This document shows, piece by piece, positions 38,861-52,600 of a stretch of DNA of 64,000 nt; positions within the stretch are counted from its first letter, which is position 1; each line of letters opens with the position of its first letter. The stretch covers positions 79,236,001 through 79,300,000 of the forward strand of contig CM060732.1 of the NCBI GenBank assembly GCA_030704615.1, given 5' to 3'. The notes beneath the pieces were generated by a model that was not told the origin of the DNA, searched no databases, and worked only from the letters and a program-made list of their open reading frames with translations. A program made the translations under genes and the position numbers. The stretch comes from Takakia lepidozioides. Lineage: Eukaryota > Plantae > Bryophyta.

Positions 38861-39379
38861 GAAGTTCTACTGCTTTGTTTGTCAATAAAGCCCTTACTTC
38901 TAGCAATATCTGTTGAATCTAGTTTTTTCCAGGTAAGTGTTTAGCGACATTGTGATTGAACAATGAAGCATATTTTGTGAATTTATATACAAAGACTGGT
39001 TCGAACACCCATGAATGTGTGTGTTTGTGATTGTGATGTTGATGTTTCTATGGATGACATGTTTGATTGTAGTTGTCTTTCAGACTGTATGATATTGGTG
39101 TTTCTGTCAGTCTATGCAACAGGGTTGGTGGTAGAATCTTTCTTTGTCACACTTTGCAACTGCCACCAGGGTTGGGGGTCCACTCTTTGGTCATTGGAAG
39201 ATTAATGCAGGCTCTCCTTCCCTGCAGAGGGGTCGTGTCTTGATATAGAGGGCCAATTGTTTTGCCAATTGTTGTGCTAATGAGAGCTCTACATGGTTTG
39301 TTTAAATTTCATATTAATTTACTTTAATTTATTATTTAAATTAATCATTTGAAATTGAATAATATATAACAAATTTTAA

Positions 39380-40048
39380 AATCTACATGACCTACACGTG
39401 TCATTCATACATACTCCAACAAGACCACGTGGCATCTGTAGTGTTGTAGTGATATAGTCACACCCATAGTAATGTAGTCATACATGTATTCAGGAAATGT
39501 GTCACATGTCATCCTCAGCGATGTACTGAGTAGTTATGTAGTCATCAGTGTAGTCACACAATGTAGTCATGTAGTCATAAAGTTACGCCATCACTATACT
39601 CACGATTTGGACACGTGTCATAGCAAAGGGATTACGTGTGTCACGCAGACAACTATCCATGTAGGCGGACTTCTGTAGTAATGTAGTTATCATGTTAGTC
39701 ATGTCATGTAGTCGTGTAGTCGTGTAGTCCACTGTACCATATGGTCACACATGTCAAATCCCAAGGATCCCACGTGTCACGCACAAGCCTCTCCATGTAG
39801 GCGCAATGCTGTAGTGATATAGTCATAACTTACAGTCGTGTAATTATTTCTGTTATAACTACATCACCAAACCCTGCATCACTATCCCATGTCACATCCT
39901 CAGTGACCATGACTTCGCACTTATCACTCCGTAGTCATGGTAGAACTGACTTTGTGTTTGTCACTGTAGAGTGAGGTAGTCGTAAAAGCACTTATCACTG
40001 CAAATGCAGTGATATCCATAGTCATAAAAACGTTAATCTGTACTAGTG
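39380..40048. mobile_element. CACTA transposon right end with subterminal repeats
   Basis: Ends TGTACTAGTG (reverse complement CACTAGTACA). Many TAGTCA(T) and CACGTGTCA repeats precede it. The left end was not found. Confidence 0.7.
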
Positions 40049-41036
40049 CTTCCGTTGGAACTCTTGCAAGCTCCGCAACTTCTCTGTCCTCACCCCTTGA
40101 TAGCTCCCTCTCAACTCTTCGAAGAACTCCATAACAGGGTTGAAGGCAGGCACGGGTACTGATGCTAGTGCCGCAGTGGCTTGGGTGGACGTCGTAGCTA
40201 CGGTACCACTAGCCCCCTCTCCACGAGGTAACCGGGTAGAGAACCTGTTGCGGCTTATGGTTTGGAGTACTAGGTTCCTAACATAGCCTGCACCTGCACC
40301 TGCATCCACCGCAAGCACTCCTATGGTTGGTTGGTCTCACCTCCAACCTCACCACAAGAGAAACAATGATGGTCTGACTGGTCATCACCCCAGCCTCACC
40401 ATCGACAGCACGCTCTAGGACTGGCCGGCAATCAAATCTGGACCAATCACTTATAAAAACAAGCGCCCACACAAAACTAACGTGGCGCACAGTCAAACAT
40501 GTAGGTGTGGAGGGGATCCAAACACAAGAAATCAGAACGACAACTCTCCCACATCAAAAACAACTCCACGGTGTCGCTCCTGTAAGGACGCCCCAGCCCA
40601 AACCCGGACTGACTCTTGCCTCCACCTACGGAAAGGTCTTGGCCTAATGAGAGGGTGAAAAACTACGAAGAAAAAAAGCTAAAGCAATGCCTAACCCCAG
40701 CATGCCCTCATCCCAACACTCTTCCTCTCCTCTCTTCCCTCACTTGCATGACCATGGGAATATCATGAAGATACTCCTCAAACCGCCCTCCACGAGCTTC
40801 AAAATTTGGCCTTCAAGACCACATGCTAGTACTCAGGCAGTCCATCAGTGCCAGCATAGGCCGTCCACAGGTCAACACGGGCCACCACAGACCAGCACAG
40901 GCCCACACAGATTACATGTCAAGCTGTCACAGTCCGTCACAGTCCGTCACAGCCCCACAGGCCACAGCCTGTCACAACCCCACAGGCCACAGGTCACAGC
41001 CTGTCACAGCTTGACATAGGCCCATAGGCCACAGCC
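40049..41036 (-). mobile_element. DNMT-Gypsy leader and gag fragment
   Basis: FNPVMEFFEELRGSYQGVRTEKLRSLQEFQRK matches the family gag. 40520-41036 matches the reverse complement of about 19670-20270. Confidence 0.8.
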
Positions 41037-41469
41037 CGTAGGGTTCATTATCTGATTTGGAATTTGATGATTCCGCTATTGTGAGTTCTCCTTAGGTTTT
41101 CAATATTGAAGATATGGTACTAGAGTTGGATTCTAATGCGCCGGCTTGTTCCTCCAATTGAGATTCCGGAGGAGGGATTTCTAGTGACTATTACAGCAGG
41201 TAAGATGCCAGCGAACCTGACGGTAGGCTACATGTGGTTCTTGTGGCCCATATCACGCACACTTTTTTGTACGATGATGGGTCGCTGATAAATTTGGTGA
41301 ACCTGAAGAGAATAAATCTCCTGCTGTTCTAGTTTCAGAAGTTGCACTTCCAAATACCTCCCTCTCCACAGGTTCTTTGAAATCTTCAACAGAGAGTAAC
41401 GTTGATGACGAAAGTTTTGTTGAAACAGATGCTCTTTGACGTCGTTTCGCACCTCATTCTAAGGATGAA

Positions 41470-42520
41470 ATGCTGATTGTAAATGAAAGAGGATGCTGTA
41501 AAAGTAAACATGGCAAGAATTGGTCGCGGAACACTCTTGACGTCGAATGGAGCGTGGAGCAGAAGATTGATACCTCATTGTCCATTGAGGAACTCTCTGA
41601 ACAGGAGGACCTTAGATACATCGTTGATCTTTTGGCTCGCTTTATACTTGATGCCAAGAAGCGTGATGGCTCACTATATCCTCTTGGGAGTATTAATTCA
41701 TTCTTACGCGGTGTAGGCAGAATAATTTGTGCTCACTACAATAAGTGTGCCGTTGAATCCAGCAAACCTTGCGAAAAATTCTGTATAAGTCTTATGGATG
41801 ACATGAGATATCAACGAATCAAGTTGGCTGGTGACGAAGCTGTGGCAAGGTCTTTTAAAGCCGGCCTTGGAAAAAAAGTGCAGAAATTTGATTGTCTTAC
41901 GCTTGACGAAGAAGCTCTTGTGTTGGCTCAATATGTCAACTATTTCACTTTCCGGTTTGACTTATACATTCGTCTAGTACTGTACAAGAAATTTCTTTAT
42001 TAGAGCGGTTTCTGAAATGAGAGCAGCGACTGAACTGAAGATTTTTCCATCGAGCACACTGTCATGGGAAAGGTTCTGAGATATAGCCAGTCTTTCGAAG
42101 ACCGTAAAGGCTGATGCTGCGAGATGTGGCGTGAACAACATTCGAAAAGCTGTCGGTTGTCAAGTTGCAGCCATCATCGAGACGTATGAGAAAATGATTT
42201 CTCGTAGGCCTTCTTGGCCACCTGGAGAGTCCGTCCTCATCCACTGTTTTTGACAGCGCTTTCAAAGTGAAAGGCTACAGATCCCGTTTGGTACTCCAAA
42301 GGTCCTATAGGCAAAAATATGCTTGCAACCGTTACAAAGAGAATGACTATCTGGCTTGTCTGAGAAGACTTTGACAAACAAGAGCGGCAGGACGACACAG
42401 GAATTACTCGGATGTAGGAAGGCTGTGTGCCTACCATATATGGAATGGACATAATCGGACATAGGGATGCCGAAAGTTACGAGAAATACAATCTGTGGAT
42501 AAAATGCTCAGAGATCGTGC
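41470..42520 (+). pseudogene. DUF3504/Crypton-type tyrosine recombinase remnant
   Basis: LARFILDAKKRDGSLYP..S...GLGKK...LTLDEE, then WYSKGPIGKNML, TNKSGR and MDIIGHRDAESYEKY across frameshifts. This is the motif series of Crypton/DUF3504 domains. Confidence 0.7.
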
Positions 42521-42989
42521 TATTTCAACGTATTATTAGTGGCGTGAAATTTCTTGGTCAACATTCCAAGATGCTCACTGGCAGGAGGTCGGTGCATATG
42601 CGAAATTGCAAGAACATCAGGTGGCCAATGTCGTTCCTACAAAGTGTCCGGTTTTTGGTGGATTAGTTCCACATTCAAATGTTGTGGCTACAGTACCTGC
42701 AACACTTCCATTCGTTTTTTCGATGAGGTTCCTGGAGCGCTTCAAGTGGATAAGGGAAAATCTAAAGTGTCCTGATCTGATATGGAGAATTTTTTTCGAT
42801 CTTCTGGATTCTATATTCCGGGAAGCAGAACAGATGATGCAGAAGAATTGGCCAATCAACTACCAGGTTCGTGGTTCCACAAACAATGTGGGTGGCCATT
42901 CATTCAGCAATCTTCAGAATTGTGTCATTCTTCAAATTGGTCCCAATGTTGTTATGCTGCCGCATTTGTTGAAGGTTGCTATGGCATCT

Positions 42990-44150
42990 AAACCAATACA
43001 TCTCCACTCCTCAATCTCTGCTTCATGTCTTCGCCTGAACTCGTGGTAATCGTCCATAGGCGGCCTTCCAAATGCTGGAACAGTTCCTTCCACGCCATGA
43101 ATGGGTGAATAGCTGTGGATTGCGCATCTGCTGCAAATCACACCAGCTGTCGAACTCCTGGATAAAGTCATCCAACTCGATTGTGCCCACAGCTCTAGAG
43201 TACCTACGAGGCCCCTTGGTAGCTCCATACATCTCCTCCATGTCGTCCCACAACAATGGCGAATGAAACTGCACACCTGTTGATGAAGCCTCCGAGTCTG
43301 TGTCTGACTCTGCACTAGTTGAGGTGGAGGTGAAGGTGGTCTGAACCGAATACCTCGTCTCGTGAACCCACTCTCACTGTTACTGCCTGTAGCCGTACTC
43401 CCTCAAAACCCTTGGGTAACTCCGTGATGACACTCACAATGTGCACCTCCCCCACGTGACACTATAGGGCTCTAGTACTGAGTCTAATAGTGACACGGGT
43501 GAGCACCTGTTGCAGTTTAAGGGTCATATTCTAATGGCTCAGGGCACCTGCACCTGCATCATCCACCGCAAGAACTCCTATGGTTGGCTGGTAATCAACC
43601 CAGCCTCACCATAGAAGAAACACTGGTGGTCTTGCTGGTCATCACTCCAGCCTCACACACCGACAGCATACTCTAGGATTGACCGGTGATCAAATCCGGC
43701 CTAATCCTATGAAAGCAAGCGCCCACACAAAACCAACATGACGCACAGTCAAGCATGCAGGTGTTGGGGGGGTCCAAACACAAGAATCAAAACATCAACA
43801 CCCCCACACCAAAATCCAGCTGCAATGCTGATCCTGCAGAATAGCCCAACCCAAAACCCCGGACTGACTGGCCTCCACCAAGAGAGGCTTTGGCAACTAC
43901 AAGTACAAGGTAATGAAAATAGTACAGAGATGGAGGGGAAGAATAGAAGCTTGCCCAAGCAAGATCTAATCCTGATCTATGCTATCAACTGCCAGACTTC
44001 TCTCAAAGTGCCTCGCTCTGCATGATGGTAAGGTGTAGGAGGTATATCTATGTCCAGAAACCTGCCACTAACCTTGTCCCAAGCTACAGTAGCTCGCTCT
44101 AACCAACCCTCCTCCTCTTTCTGCCAGGTAGAGACAAAGCAATACTCCCA
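42990..44150 (-). mobile_element. Inverted DNMT-Gypsy leader plus gag N-terminus
   Basis: DDMEEMYGATKGPRRYS.AVGTIELDDFIQEFDSWC matches 17319-17546. 43545-43790 matches the leader. Confidence 0.8.
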
Positions 44151-47100
44151 TATCCACAGTGTGAAAACAACTAGAATAAAGCTAGTTATTTGTATTTAAC
44201 ACTTGGATTTAGGTCAAGTGTTAAATCATGTGTCAAGTTTAGTTTGACATCTCAACCGCCTTATCTTCACGAGAGCGGCAGTCGCGCAGCTCATCTCTCT
44301 CGAGTTGAGCCTGCGCGACCGAGCTCCTTCACGCTTTAGAAGCTGAGTATGCTTATGAAGGGAGGATATGTTGTTGTGGGTGGAGTCCCCATAGCTTGGG
44401 GTGCCCCTGGCTCGACTACTATTTTAAAGAGTGATGGTGTTGGTTTTCATGTTTCTTGTGTGAACAGTGTGTCTTTTAGTTTTCTATCACTCGAGATAGA
44501 TGACCTCTTACCTGTGAGTGCAAGGTAGGAGCTGAGGGTTAGCACTTGTATGATTCCCTGTGTGTAAGTAGTGCTTAGTTTGAGAAGCTTTAAAAAAACA
44601 AAAAACAAAAAAAACATGCAGGTTTCGATCTACGTCTCCATTACTCGAGGCACGACGCGACCAGTAGCTGCATCAGTACCAATATCTCCCACTGCCAGCA
44701 CTAGTAGTGGAACAAGTAGTGCCGGTACTTCTGCAGGTGGTACCAGTTCAAAAGGTGCTACTACTCCTCCTGCCACGACTACAACACATGTGCCTAGATT
44801 CAACCCGGTGGTGGAGTTCTTCCAGGAGTTGCGGAGGAACTACCAAGGTGTACGGACAGAGAAGCTGCGAAGTTTGCAAGACTTCCAGCGCAAACCCAGT
44901 GAGAGCTTGCGAGAGGCCTACACTCGTATGAGGCGCTTGATAAGTGTGACCCAAGGGGTTACTGAAGCTCAGGCAATCCAGTTCTGGTATGGAATTTTGG
45001 ACAAGGAGCTCAGGAGAATGGTGCGGGATGCAACCCTGTTACAAGCAGCCCAACCCACATTAGCAGATGTATTTCTGCTGGCTGAGCGGATTGAGCTCAA
45101 CATGGTGGAGGAGCGAGTTGTTACCATTGGGTTTGGCAAGGACATGCCTGCACGAGGCGTAGCTGCCAGCCCACAGGCACAAGGGACTGCCCAACAGCGT
45201 GGTCAGGGGGGCAAGGTTTCCCAACCCAAGTTCCATGGAGCTTACAGGGGACCTCAGGTGCAGAGGCCCGTGACATCTTTTGCAGGCCAACAGCAACCAG
45301 GGGTGATATGTTGGACATGTGGAGGACCCCATGTCAAGAGAGATTGCCCAGAGCGTGGCAAAAGGCCGGCACAAACACAGCCTGCACAGTTGCAGTGTGG
45401 GCATTGTGGCAAGTATGGGCATGGAGATGCCCAGTGTTATGACTTACATCCTGAGTTGCGCCCAGGCCAGTTCCAAGGGAACAATGGTGGTCGGGGTCGA
45501 GGTGGATCAGCCCAGAGAGGACGAGGTGGTTGGGCAGGAGGTGCAGGCCAAGGGCAAGCTCAACATGGCCAAGGACGCGGAGGTCAGGGTGTTGACCAAG
45601 GCATGGCCAACCGGCTTCAGCAGCTAGAGTAGAGGCTCGTTGCCATGGCTACAGCTCAGGCGGTACCCGCTCCCAGGCGGGATGGTCCACCTCCTGTTCC
45701 TGAGGGAGGAGATATGGGAGGCATGGGATTCATGTGCGGAGCAGCACTACCACTAGAGCAGGTGGAGTTTGCTGCAGTCGTGACTCGAGGAGCAACACGA
45801 GTTCCTGAGCCACGAGGTGCAGAGGTGGAGTTCGATCCACAATGTGGGGAGGCAAGCCGTCAGGCGAGGCTGCCTCAGTCATTCACCTTGGCGGAGACAG
45901 TGTCAACGCCATCCATGGCACCTAATTCTCGCCCGACTGTTACCGAGGCGGAGGTTTCTATGCCATTGGGGAGAGCTACACGTGCAGCATTGACACCTAC
46001 TGCCAATGCTAGTGCAGCCGGTGTGTTGTTGGGGGCAGCCACCTCTGTGTGTCAAGCCCCACTGTTCTCGGCAACCATGATTGCGACGCCGGGGGTAAGA
46101 CCAGCTGCAGTGTTCAGACTAGCAGCAATACTCTGTGAGAGTGGGGAGGTCACTTCATCTTCTGCGGAGTTACTGGAAGGTGTAGTGGCAGATGGATCCT
46201 CGGATTTGAGGGTCAAGACTGCCACGGCTGCGCCATAGCAAGCTGCAGCTGCCAGGTTGATGGAGCTGCCAGCTAGGCCAGCCTTTGAACGCGCCATGGT
46301 GACACTTGGAGTTGTTTTGTTAGACAACCAGGATGGCATTTTCTCTTTGAGTGGACCGGCAGGCAAGAAGTACCGGCCACTTTGGGTTTTGTTGGACTCG
46401 GGAGCTCAGCCACTGATGTTGGGCAGAGCTGCTATTGCAGTTTTGGGCCTCATGGAGGTGGATATGGAGCCTTGTCCTTTCCAGATACAGACATCTCTGG
46501 GATGATCAGAGCAGGCTCGGGGCATGACACGACATCAGTTGGCCATTAGACTGCAGCCGGATCATCCTATCGATGGCTCAGTAATGCGAGCCAAGGCCAT
46601 TGTGACAAACGCGGTCTCTTACGATGTCCTCGTTGGTGGGGCAGTGTTATACCCCATGGGCTTCACCCTGGACTTTTGGGAGGAGTCAGCATTCTACAGG
46701 CCTGGATGGCAGTCAGGGGATGGTTGTCGTGCACAGCTCCCTGTGACATTCATTGGGGGTATTGCGGCTGCCCACGGGGCAAGATGCAAACACTAGCCGC
46801 CTTTACAGCTGCAGTTAGTTGGCCTGGAGAGTTGCTCAAAGGCAATGCCCATGCAGAGGATGTGCCACCTCCAGCAGAGCAGGATGACATGCATGGTGTG
46901 GCGGAGTTGCCTGCCATGGTTGCTCACACTCCATTGTGGGGTACGAGCAAGGATTTGCAGTAGGTTGCTGATCGACGGGTGCAACAAGCCTGGGTAGAGG
47001 CTTTTGTACCATCAGGAGAGGAGGAGAGTGCGGGTATTGCACCAGGACCACCTCAGTTGTCACCATTAGATACCACACCTATTGTGTGGCAGTATCCGGA

Positions 47101-47524
47101 TGAAGGCATTTGCTTTCTGGACTTGTTTGGCGGGATCAGCACCGGATTGGCTGCTGTGCTACAGGCAGGTGTGCGGGTAAGGCGTTACCTGTATGTGGAG
47201 AGGGATGAGACTGCACGATGCGTCTCACTGCGCCATGTTGTTCAGTTGGTACAGCAGTACCCTGCTTTGTTGCCAGTGTCTGCAGTTCGTGGATACCAAC
47301 AAGCTTTGCCAGCAGACATTTCGTTGCTGGGGGCGCCGGATTTGAAGCAGGTTGGCTCCATTGATCTGGTAGTGGCAGGTTGGCCCTGCCGAGGGCATTC
47401 ATCAGCCGGGCATGGCAATGGATTGCGAGACTCGAGGACGGGTCTGTTTTGGGAGATGGTGCGGATTTTGCGCCACTTGCAGCTTCATCAAGCTGTATCG
47501 CCAGCATACATCTTGGAGAATGTG

Positions 47525-48248
47525 TGTCGCGGCCCTTTGCCTTGAGGGCAGGGGGTCGGGACACATGAGGGGCTGCCCCTGTGGTGGGGGCAGCGGCAGC
47601 GATAGGTATGGGGGGCTGAAGCACCCTTGAGTGCCCAAGGCACTCAAGGAGGCGGAGGCGCTCACTAGGTGGAGCCCCGCACACCGGGTTGCGGTGGAGG
47701 TGGCTCCACAAGGGGTGGTGGTAGCTTAGTGGGACTTAGTGGGGGTGGCATAGGACTCACCATGGGGTGGAGACCTCGAGGTGGGAGTCGTGGGGAGTCT
47801 TGGGACTCATCACGGTCCATTGGGGCCGCGGTGAGTGGGCCAAGACTCACCGCGACTCACCACCGGGAGTCGAGGGTTTTCGTGGTGGTTCGCCATAAAA
47901 TGGCATGGCTGGTTATGAAACCCCCGCGGACAGCTACAGAAGTATATATAGGGAGTAGTAACCCCGAGAACGGTGCAAGCCCGTTGGTGACCAAAAACTA
48001 GTGAGTAAGCGAGCGAGCCGGAAAGCGACCAAAGAGTGGGGAGCTGTTCCGGACTGCCATCTACCAAAGGGAATTCTCCTAGTCCCAAATAGGTGGAGGG
48101 TTTAGAGGGAAGCGGAAGGGGACCGTTATGTCCCGGTGAGCAGCCGAAACTCCAAGTTGGCCCGGCGGCCAGGTTGGGAGTCAGGCGCGCGCATCAAAGC
48201 GAGTAACTATGACTTGAAGGGGAGTTTACCGAATTGAGGTGTGCGACA
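47525..48248 (+). repeat. Chromovirus 5' LTR (724 bp)
   Basis: TGTCGC...GCGACA; matches 53773-54495. Confidence 0.95.
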
Positions 48249-48250
48249 TT

Positions 48251-48262
48251 TGGTATCAGAGC
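48251..48262 (+). promoter_or_regulatory. PBS for initiator tRNA-Met
   Basis: TGGTATCAGAGC, 2 nt after the LTR. Confidence 0.95.
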
Positions 48263-48303
48263 TTAGAGTTCAGTACGCGATCGTCCTTGGGATTGGCCTC
48301 ATC

Positions 48304-49467
48304 ATGGGGTCGGGCAAGCCGAAGCGAAAGCGGAACGGCCCAAAAGATGATGATCCCGGTGAGCCCGATGGGGGCGACGTGTCACCGAGGCGGCCGTTTG
48401 AGGAAGCGATTAATGTTTCCGAAAACGAGGCCGCTCAGGAGCGGGAGGAATCCGAGGAGTCGGAGCCCGAGGAATCTTTGAGAGCTCCGACAAACCAAGA
48501 GATGCCTCCCATGCCGGCAGCCTTTTGGGAAGGGTTGTTGGCGCAGTTTGGCGGGACGTTGAAAGACGTGTTGAAGGCGGCTAATGCCACTTCCACCAAG
48601 GCAAAGTTTAAGGTGAAGCCTAAGGAACCCGGCACCTTCGAGGGCATTCGAAACCGGAAGGCACTCAACACCTGGCTCCTGGAGCTAGAGCAGTACTTCC
48701 GGGCGGCCAAGTTGAGTGACGAGGATCGGGTGGAAGTGGCTCCCACCTATTTGAGGGGCTATGCTCAACAATGGTGGCAGAAACGCCTTCACGACCGAGG
48801 CCCAAGCCCGGAAACCTTGAACTGGAGTGAGTTCAAGGAATTGATGAAGAGACAGTTTGTGCCCCTCAACGCATCCTGGCTTGCCCGGGACAAGATGAGG
48901 AATTTGAAGCAAACAGATGACATTCGGGGGTATGTCCAGGCTTTCAATGTGCTGTTGCTCGAAGTCGCGGACATGGCAGAACCAGAAATGGTCTTCAACT
49001 TTGTGGCGGGACTGGCCCCATGGGCTAGGCGGAAGTTGGAGGAGAAGCCACCCAAGACTTTGAACGAGGCAATTGAGAGAGCTGAATGTTTCTCGGATGT
49101 CCCTAGGGGTGAGAGACAAGGCCGTACGGAGCTGAACCACAAGAAGACCCGGCGGGAAGGTGACTCCTCCCGACCGGAAAAGAAGTGGGATAGGCCACGC
49201 GGCGAAAATGGCACGTGGAAATCGAAGGGAGGTCCTTCACACGTCAAGGCGGCACCCGGTGCTTCGAAAGGAAAAGCGGGTGGAGCGACTTATGGCGGAC
49301 AGAAGGCGACCTTTGATGGAGTGTGTTTCAATTGCGGGGAGCCCGGGCACATGGCCAAGAAGTGCACGAAGCCCCGGCAATTGAACATGACTCGGGCGAC
49401 CACGAACTGTCGGAAGATACCATCAGTCGCTTGGTGGAAGCGGTGGTCGCCAGGACTTGCAAGGTAG
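48304..49467 (+). CDS. gag: Chromovirus Gag
   Basis: Retrotransposon gag core (YLRGYAQQWW, W.EFK..M..QF) and CFNCGEPGHMAKKC knuckle. First ATG at 48304. Confidence 0.9.
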   Translation: MGSGKPKRKRNGPKDDDPGEPDGGDVSPRRPFEEAINVSENEAAQEREESEESEPEESLRAPTNQEMPPMPAAFWEGLLAQFGGTLKDVLKAANATSTKAKFKVKPKEPGTFEGIRNRKALNTWLLELEQYFRAAKLSDEDRVEVAPTYLRGYAQQWWQKRLHDRGPSPETLNWSEFKELMKRQFVPLNASWLARDKMRNLKQTDDIRGYVQAFNVLLLEVADMAEPEMVFNFVAGLAPWARRKLEEKPPKTLNEAIERAECFSDVPRGERQGRTELNHKKTRREGDSSRPEKKWDRPRGENGTWKSKGGPSHVKAAPGASKGKAGGATYGGQKATFDGVCFNCGEPGHMAKKCTKPRQLNMTRATTNCRKIPSVAWWKRWSPGLAR

Positions 49468-49623
49468 GCAAATTTTCTTGTGAGTTGTATCAGGAAACTG
49501 GCGCCTTACGAAAAGGGAGTCAGTTATTGTTCGTGGATGGGATAATATCCGGAACTAATGTGTCGTTGTTGGTGGACACAGGAGCGTCGCACTCCTTCAT
49601 GACGCCCGGCGGCGGCGCGAAAG

Positions 49624-52600
49624 TTGGGACTCCCGACAAGTGACGTGGGGGCCTCTATTGAGGTGCGCTCTGCCAAAGGAGAACCTCAGTTGGCGACAAG
49701 GTTGGCGTTTGATGTTCCTCTTCAACTGGGGAGTTGGGAGGGACGTGAGAACTTCACTATCTGCGAGATCGATGGAGTGGATCTCATTTTGGGAATGACC
49801 TTTTTGAGCAAATCCGGAGCGGTCATAGATGGCCGCAAGAGAGTAGTCACGCTGCCATGTGGGAATGGTGGCGAGGTTTTACGAGTGTCGGAAACGCCCA
49901 AATCCGTGGGAGGGCGAATAAACCTTCTATCAGCAAAGGAGTGGGCCGTGGAGGAGACACACGAGTCCCAGTTTTTGCTTTACATTAGAGAAGTGAAAGG
50001 AGAAGGCGATGGGGAGCCGAGCCCAGATTGGATCAAGGGGATTTTGGAGAAATACCAGGATGTGATGCCGGAGGATTTACCAAGCGGCTTGCCACCGCGA
50101 AGAGGAGTTGACCACAAAATTGAGGTGATACCGGGATCGGAACCGCCTGCCAAGGCGCCCTACCGGTTGAGCCACAAAGAGTTGGTCGAGCTGAAGACTC
50201 AGCTCAAAGATCTAATGTCAAAGGGGTACATCCGGCCGAGTAAGTCACCTTACGGAGCCCCGGTGCTATTTGCAGACAAGAAGGATGGGACGCTGCGGAT
50301 GTGTGTCGATTACAGGGCTCTGAATAAGGTGACTATCAAAAACCGGTACCCTTTGCCAAGGATCGACGACCTCTTCGATCGGTTGGCAGGAGCGAAGTAT
50401 TTCAGCCGGATCGACTTGCGCTCCGGCTATCACCAAATTCGGGTGGCGGAAGGAGATGAGGAGAAGACCGCGTGCAGGACAAGGTATGGTTCATATGAGT
50501 TCTTGGTGATGCCTTTTGGGCTCACCAATGCACCAGCGACATTTAGCACGCTGATGAACAGCCTTTTCCAGGAGTGGTTGGATGACTTTGTGATCGTGTA
50601 CATCGACGACATCTTGGTGTACTCGAAAACAAAGGAGGAGCACCTGGAGCACCTCAAAAGGGTGTTCCAAAAATTGCGAGAAGGGAAGCTGTATGCCAAA
50701 GCTTCAAAGTGCGAATTCGGGGTCACAAAAGTGGAGTTCTTGGGGCACGTGATTACACAGGATGGGATCAAAATGGATGACAGAAAGGTGAGGGCGATCT
50801 TGGACTGGGAGCCTCCGACTTCGGTCCCGGGAGTGCGATCCTTCCTAGGACTCGCCTCCTATTACCGGAAGTATGTGAGAAATTTCGCCAAGATCGCGGG
50901 GCCGCTGTCGGACCTTCTGTGTAAATCCAAAGTCTGGGTATGGAACACATTTTGTGGCCAAGCTTTTGCTGAATTGAAGCAGCGGATGACGGAAGCTCCA
51001 GTCTTAAAAATCCCGGAGTTCGATCGTCCGTTTGAGATTCATACAGATGCATCGGACTTCGCAATTGGGGGTGTACTTATGCAAGATGGACGTCCAGTGG
51101 CTTACGAAAGTAAGAAACTGAATGAAGTGGAGCGACGGTGGCCGACGCACGAAAAAGAGATGAAGGCGGTGGTACATTGCCTTGAACTCTGGCGCCACTA
51201 TGTTGGTTCCAACCCAGTGAAGGTGTTCACGGACAATGTCACGGTGAAGTATTTTGCCACGCAGCCCAAGTTGTCCCCAAAACAACTTAGGTGGCAAGAT
51301 ACTTTGGCAGTGTTCGACGTGGATATCCAGTACAAACCGGGACGGGACAATGTGGTGGCCGATGCTTTAAGTAGAAAGCAGCAGCTCTTGTTGGTGTACA
51401 AGGGCGAGACGGCGCTCCAAAGGAAGATCCGGAAGGCTTGCCGGAAGGATGAGCTGGCAAAGTGCGTGATGCAGAACTTGAGAATGGGGGTTAAATCGCA
51501 GTTCCACTTGCAAAACGGACTGCTCCGGTATAAGCAAAAACGTCTCTATGTGCCAAAGGGAGGGATCAGGGATAGTCTCTTGAGAGAATGCCATGATAGC
51601 CCGCTTGCGGGCCACGGTGGAGCCAAGCGCACTGCGGCACTCTTGAAGAAAGAGTATTTCTGGCCCAAACTGAGGGAGGAGGCAGAGGAGTATGTTAAGA
51701 CATGCACCACATGCCAACAAAACCGGAGCGAGTATAAAAAGCAAGCGGGGCTGTTACAACCCTTGCCGATTCCAGAGGGGACTTGGGAAAGCGTCTCGAT
51801 GGATTTCATGACTGCTATGCCGCTGTCAAAAGGATTCGATGCAATCATGGTGGTGGTAGATAGGTTCAGTAAAATGGCCCATTTCATCCCCACCAAGGAG
51901 ACGGCAACTGCGCAGGAGACAGGGCGACTTTACTTCGCCCACGTCTTAAAGCATCATGGAGTCCCGAAGGATATTGTCTCGGACCGCGATCCAAAGTTTA
52001 CGAGTAAATTCTGGAGAGCACTTTGGAAGAAGATGGGGACGAGGCTGAAGATGAGCACCGCCTTCCGACCTACGACGGACGGCCAAACGGAAAGAGTGAA
52101 TTCCGTAGTGAAGCAATTCTTGCGGAATTACGTGTCGGCAGACCAATCAGACTGGATGGAACACTTAGACGCGGCAGAGTTCTGTTATAATAACACAGAA
52201 CACTCCGCGACGGGAGTTTCCCCTTTTGTGTTGGTCTATGGAAAAGCACCTCTGGTGCCGACAAGTTGGGCCGCCCAGGACGTTGAGGAACCGGCAGTAG
52301 CGGCGGTACTGGAAGAACGCGAGCGTTTGTTGAAGCTCGCAAAGTACAACATTGCCAAAGCTAGGAAACGGTATGAAAGGCAGGCGAATCGGAAGCGGAG
52401 GGAAGTGAAGTTTGAGGCAGGCACAGAGGTCTGGTTGAACATCAAGAATTTTCGACTACCTCCGGAAATGAGTCCGAAGTTCGTACCTCCGTATGCGGGT
52501 CCCTTTCGCATTCGGAGGGTTATGAATGAGGATGTGTATGAATTGGAGCTGCCAGCAAACAGCAAGGTGCACCCAGTATTCCATGTCTCCCTTTTGAAGC

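Noticed and set aside
41470-42520. Crypton recombinase as a functional partner of the split-repeat Gypsy
   Set aside because: It lies outside the element boundaries and its copies are interrupted by Gypsy fragments. Adjacency is explained by nesting.
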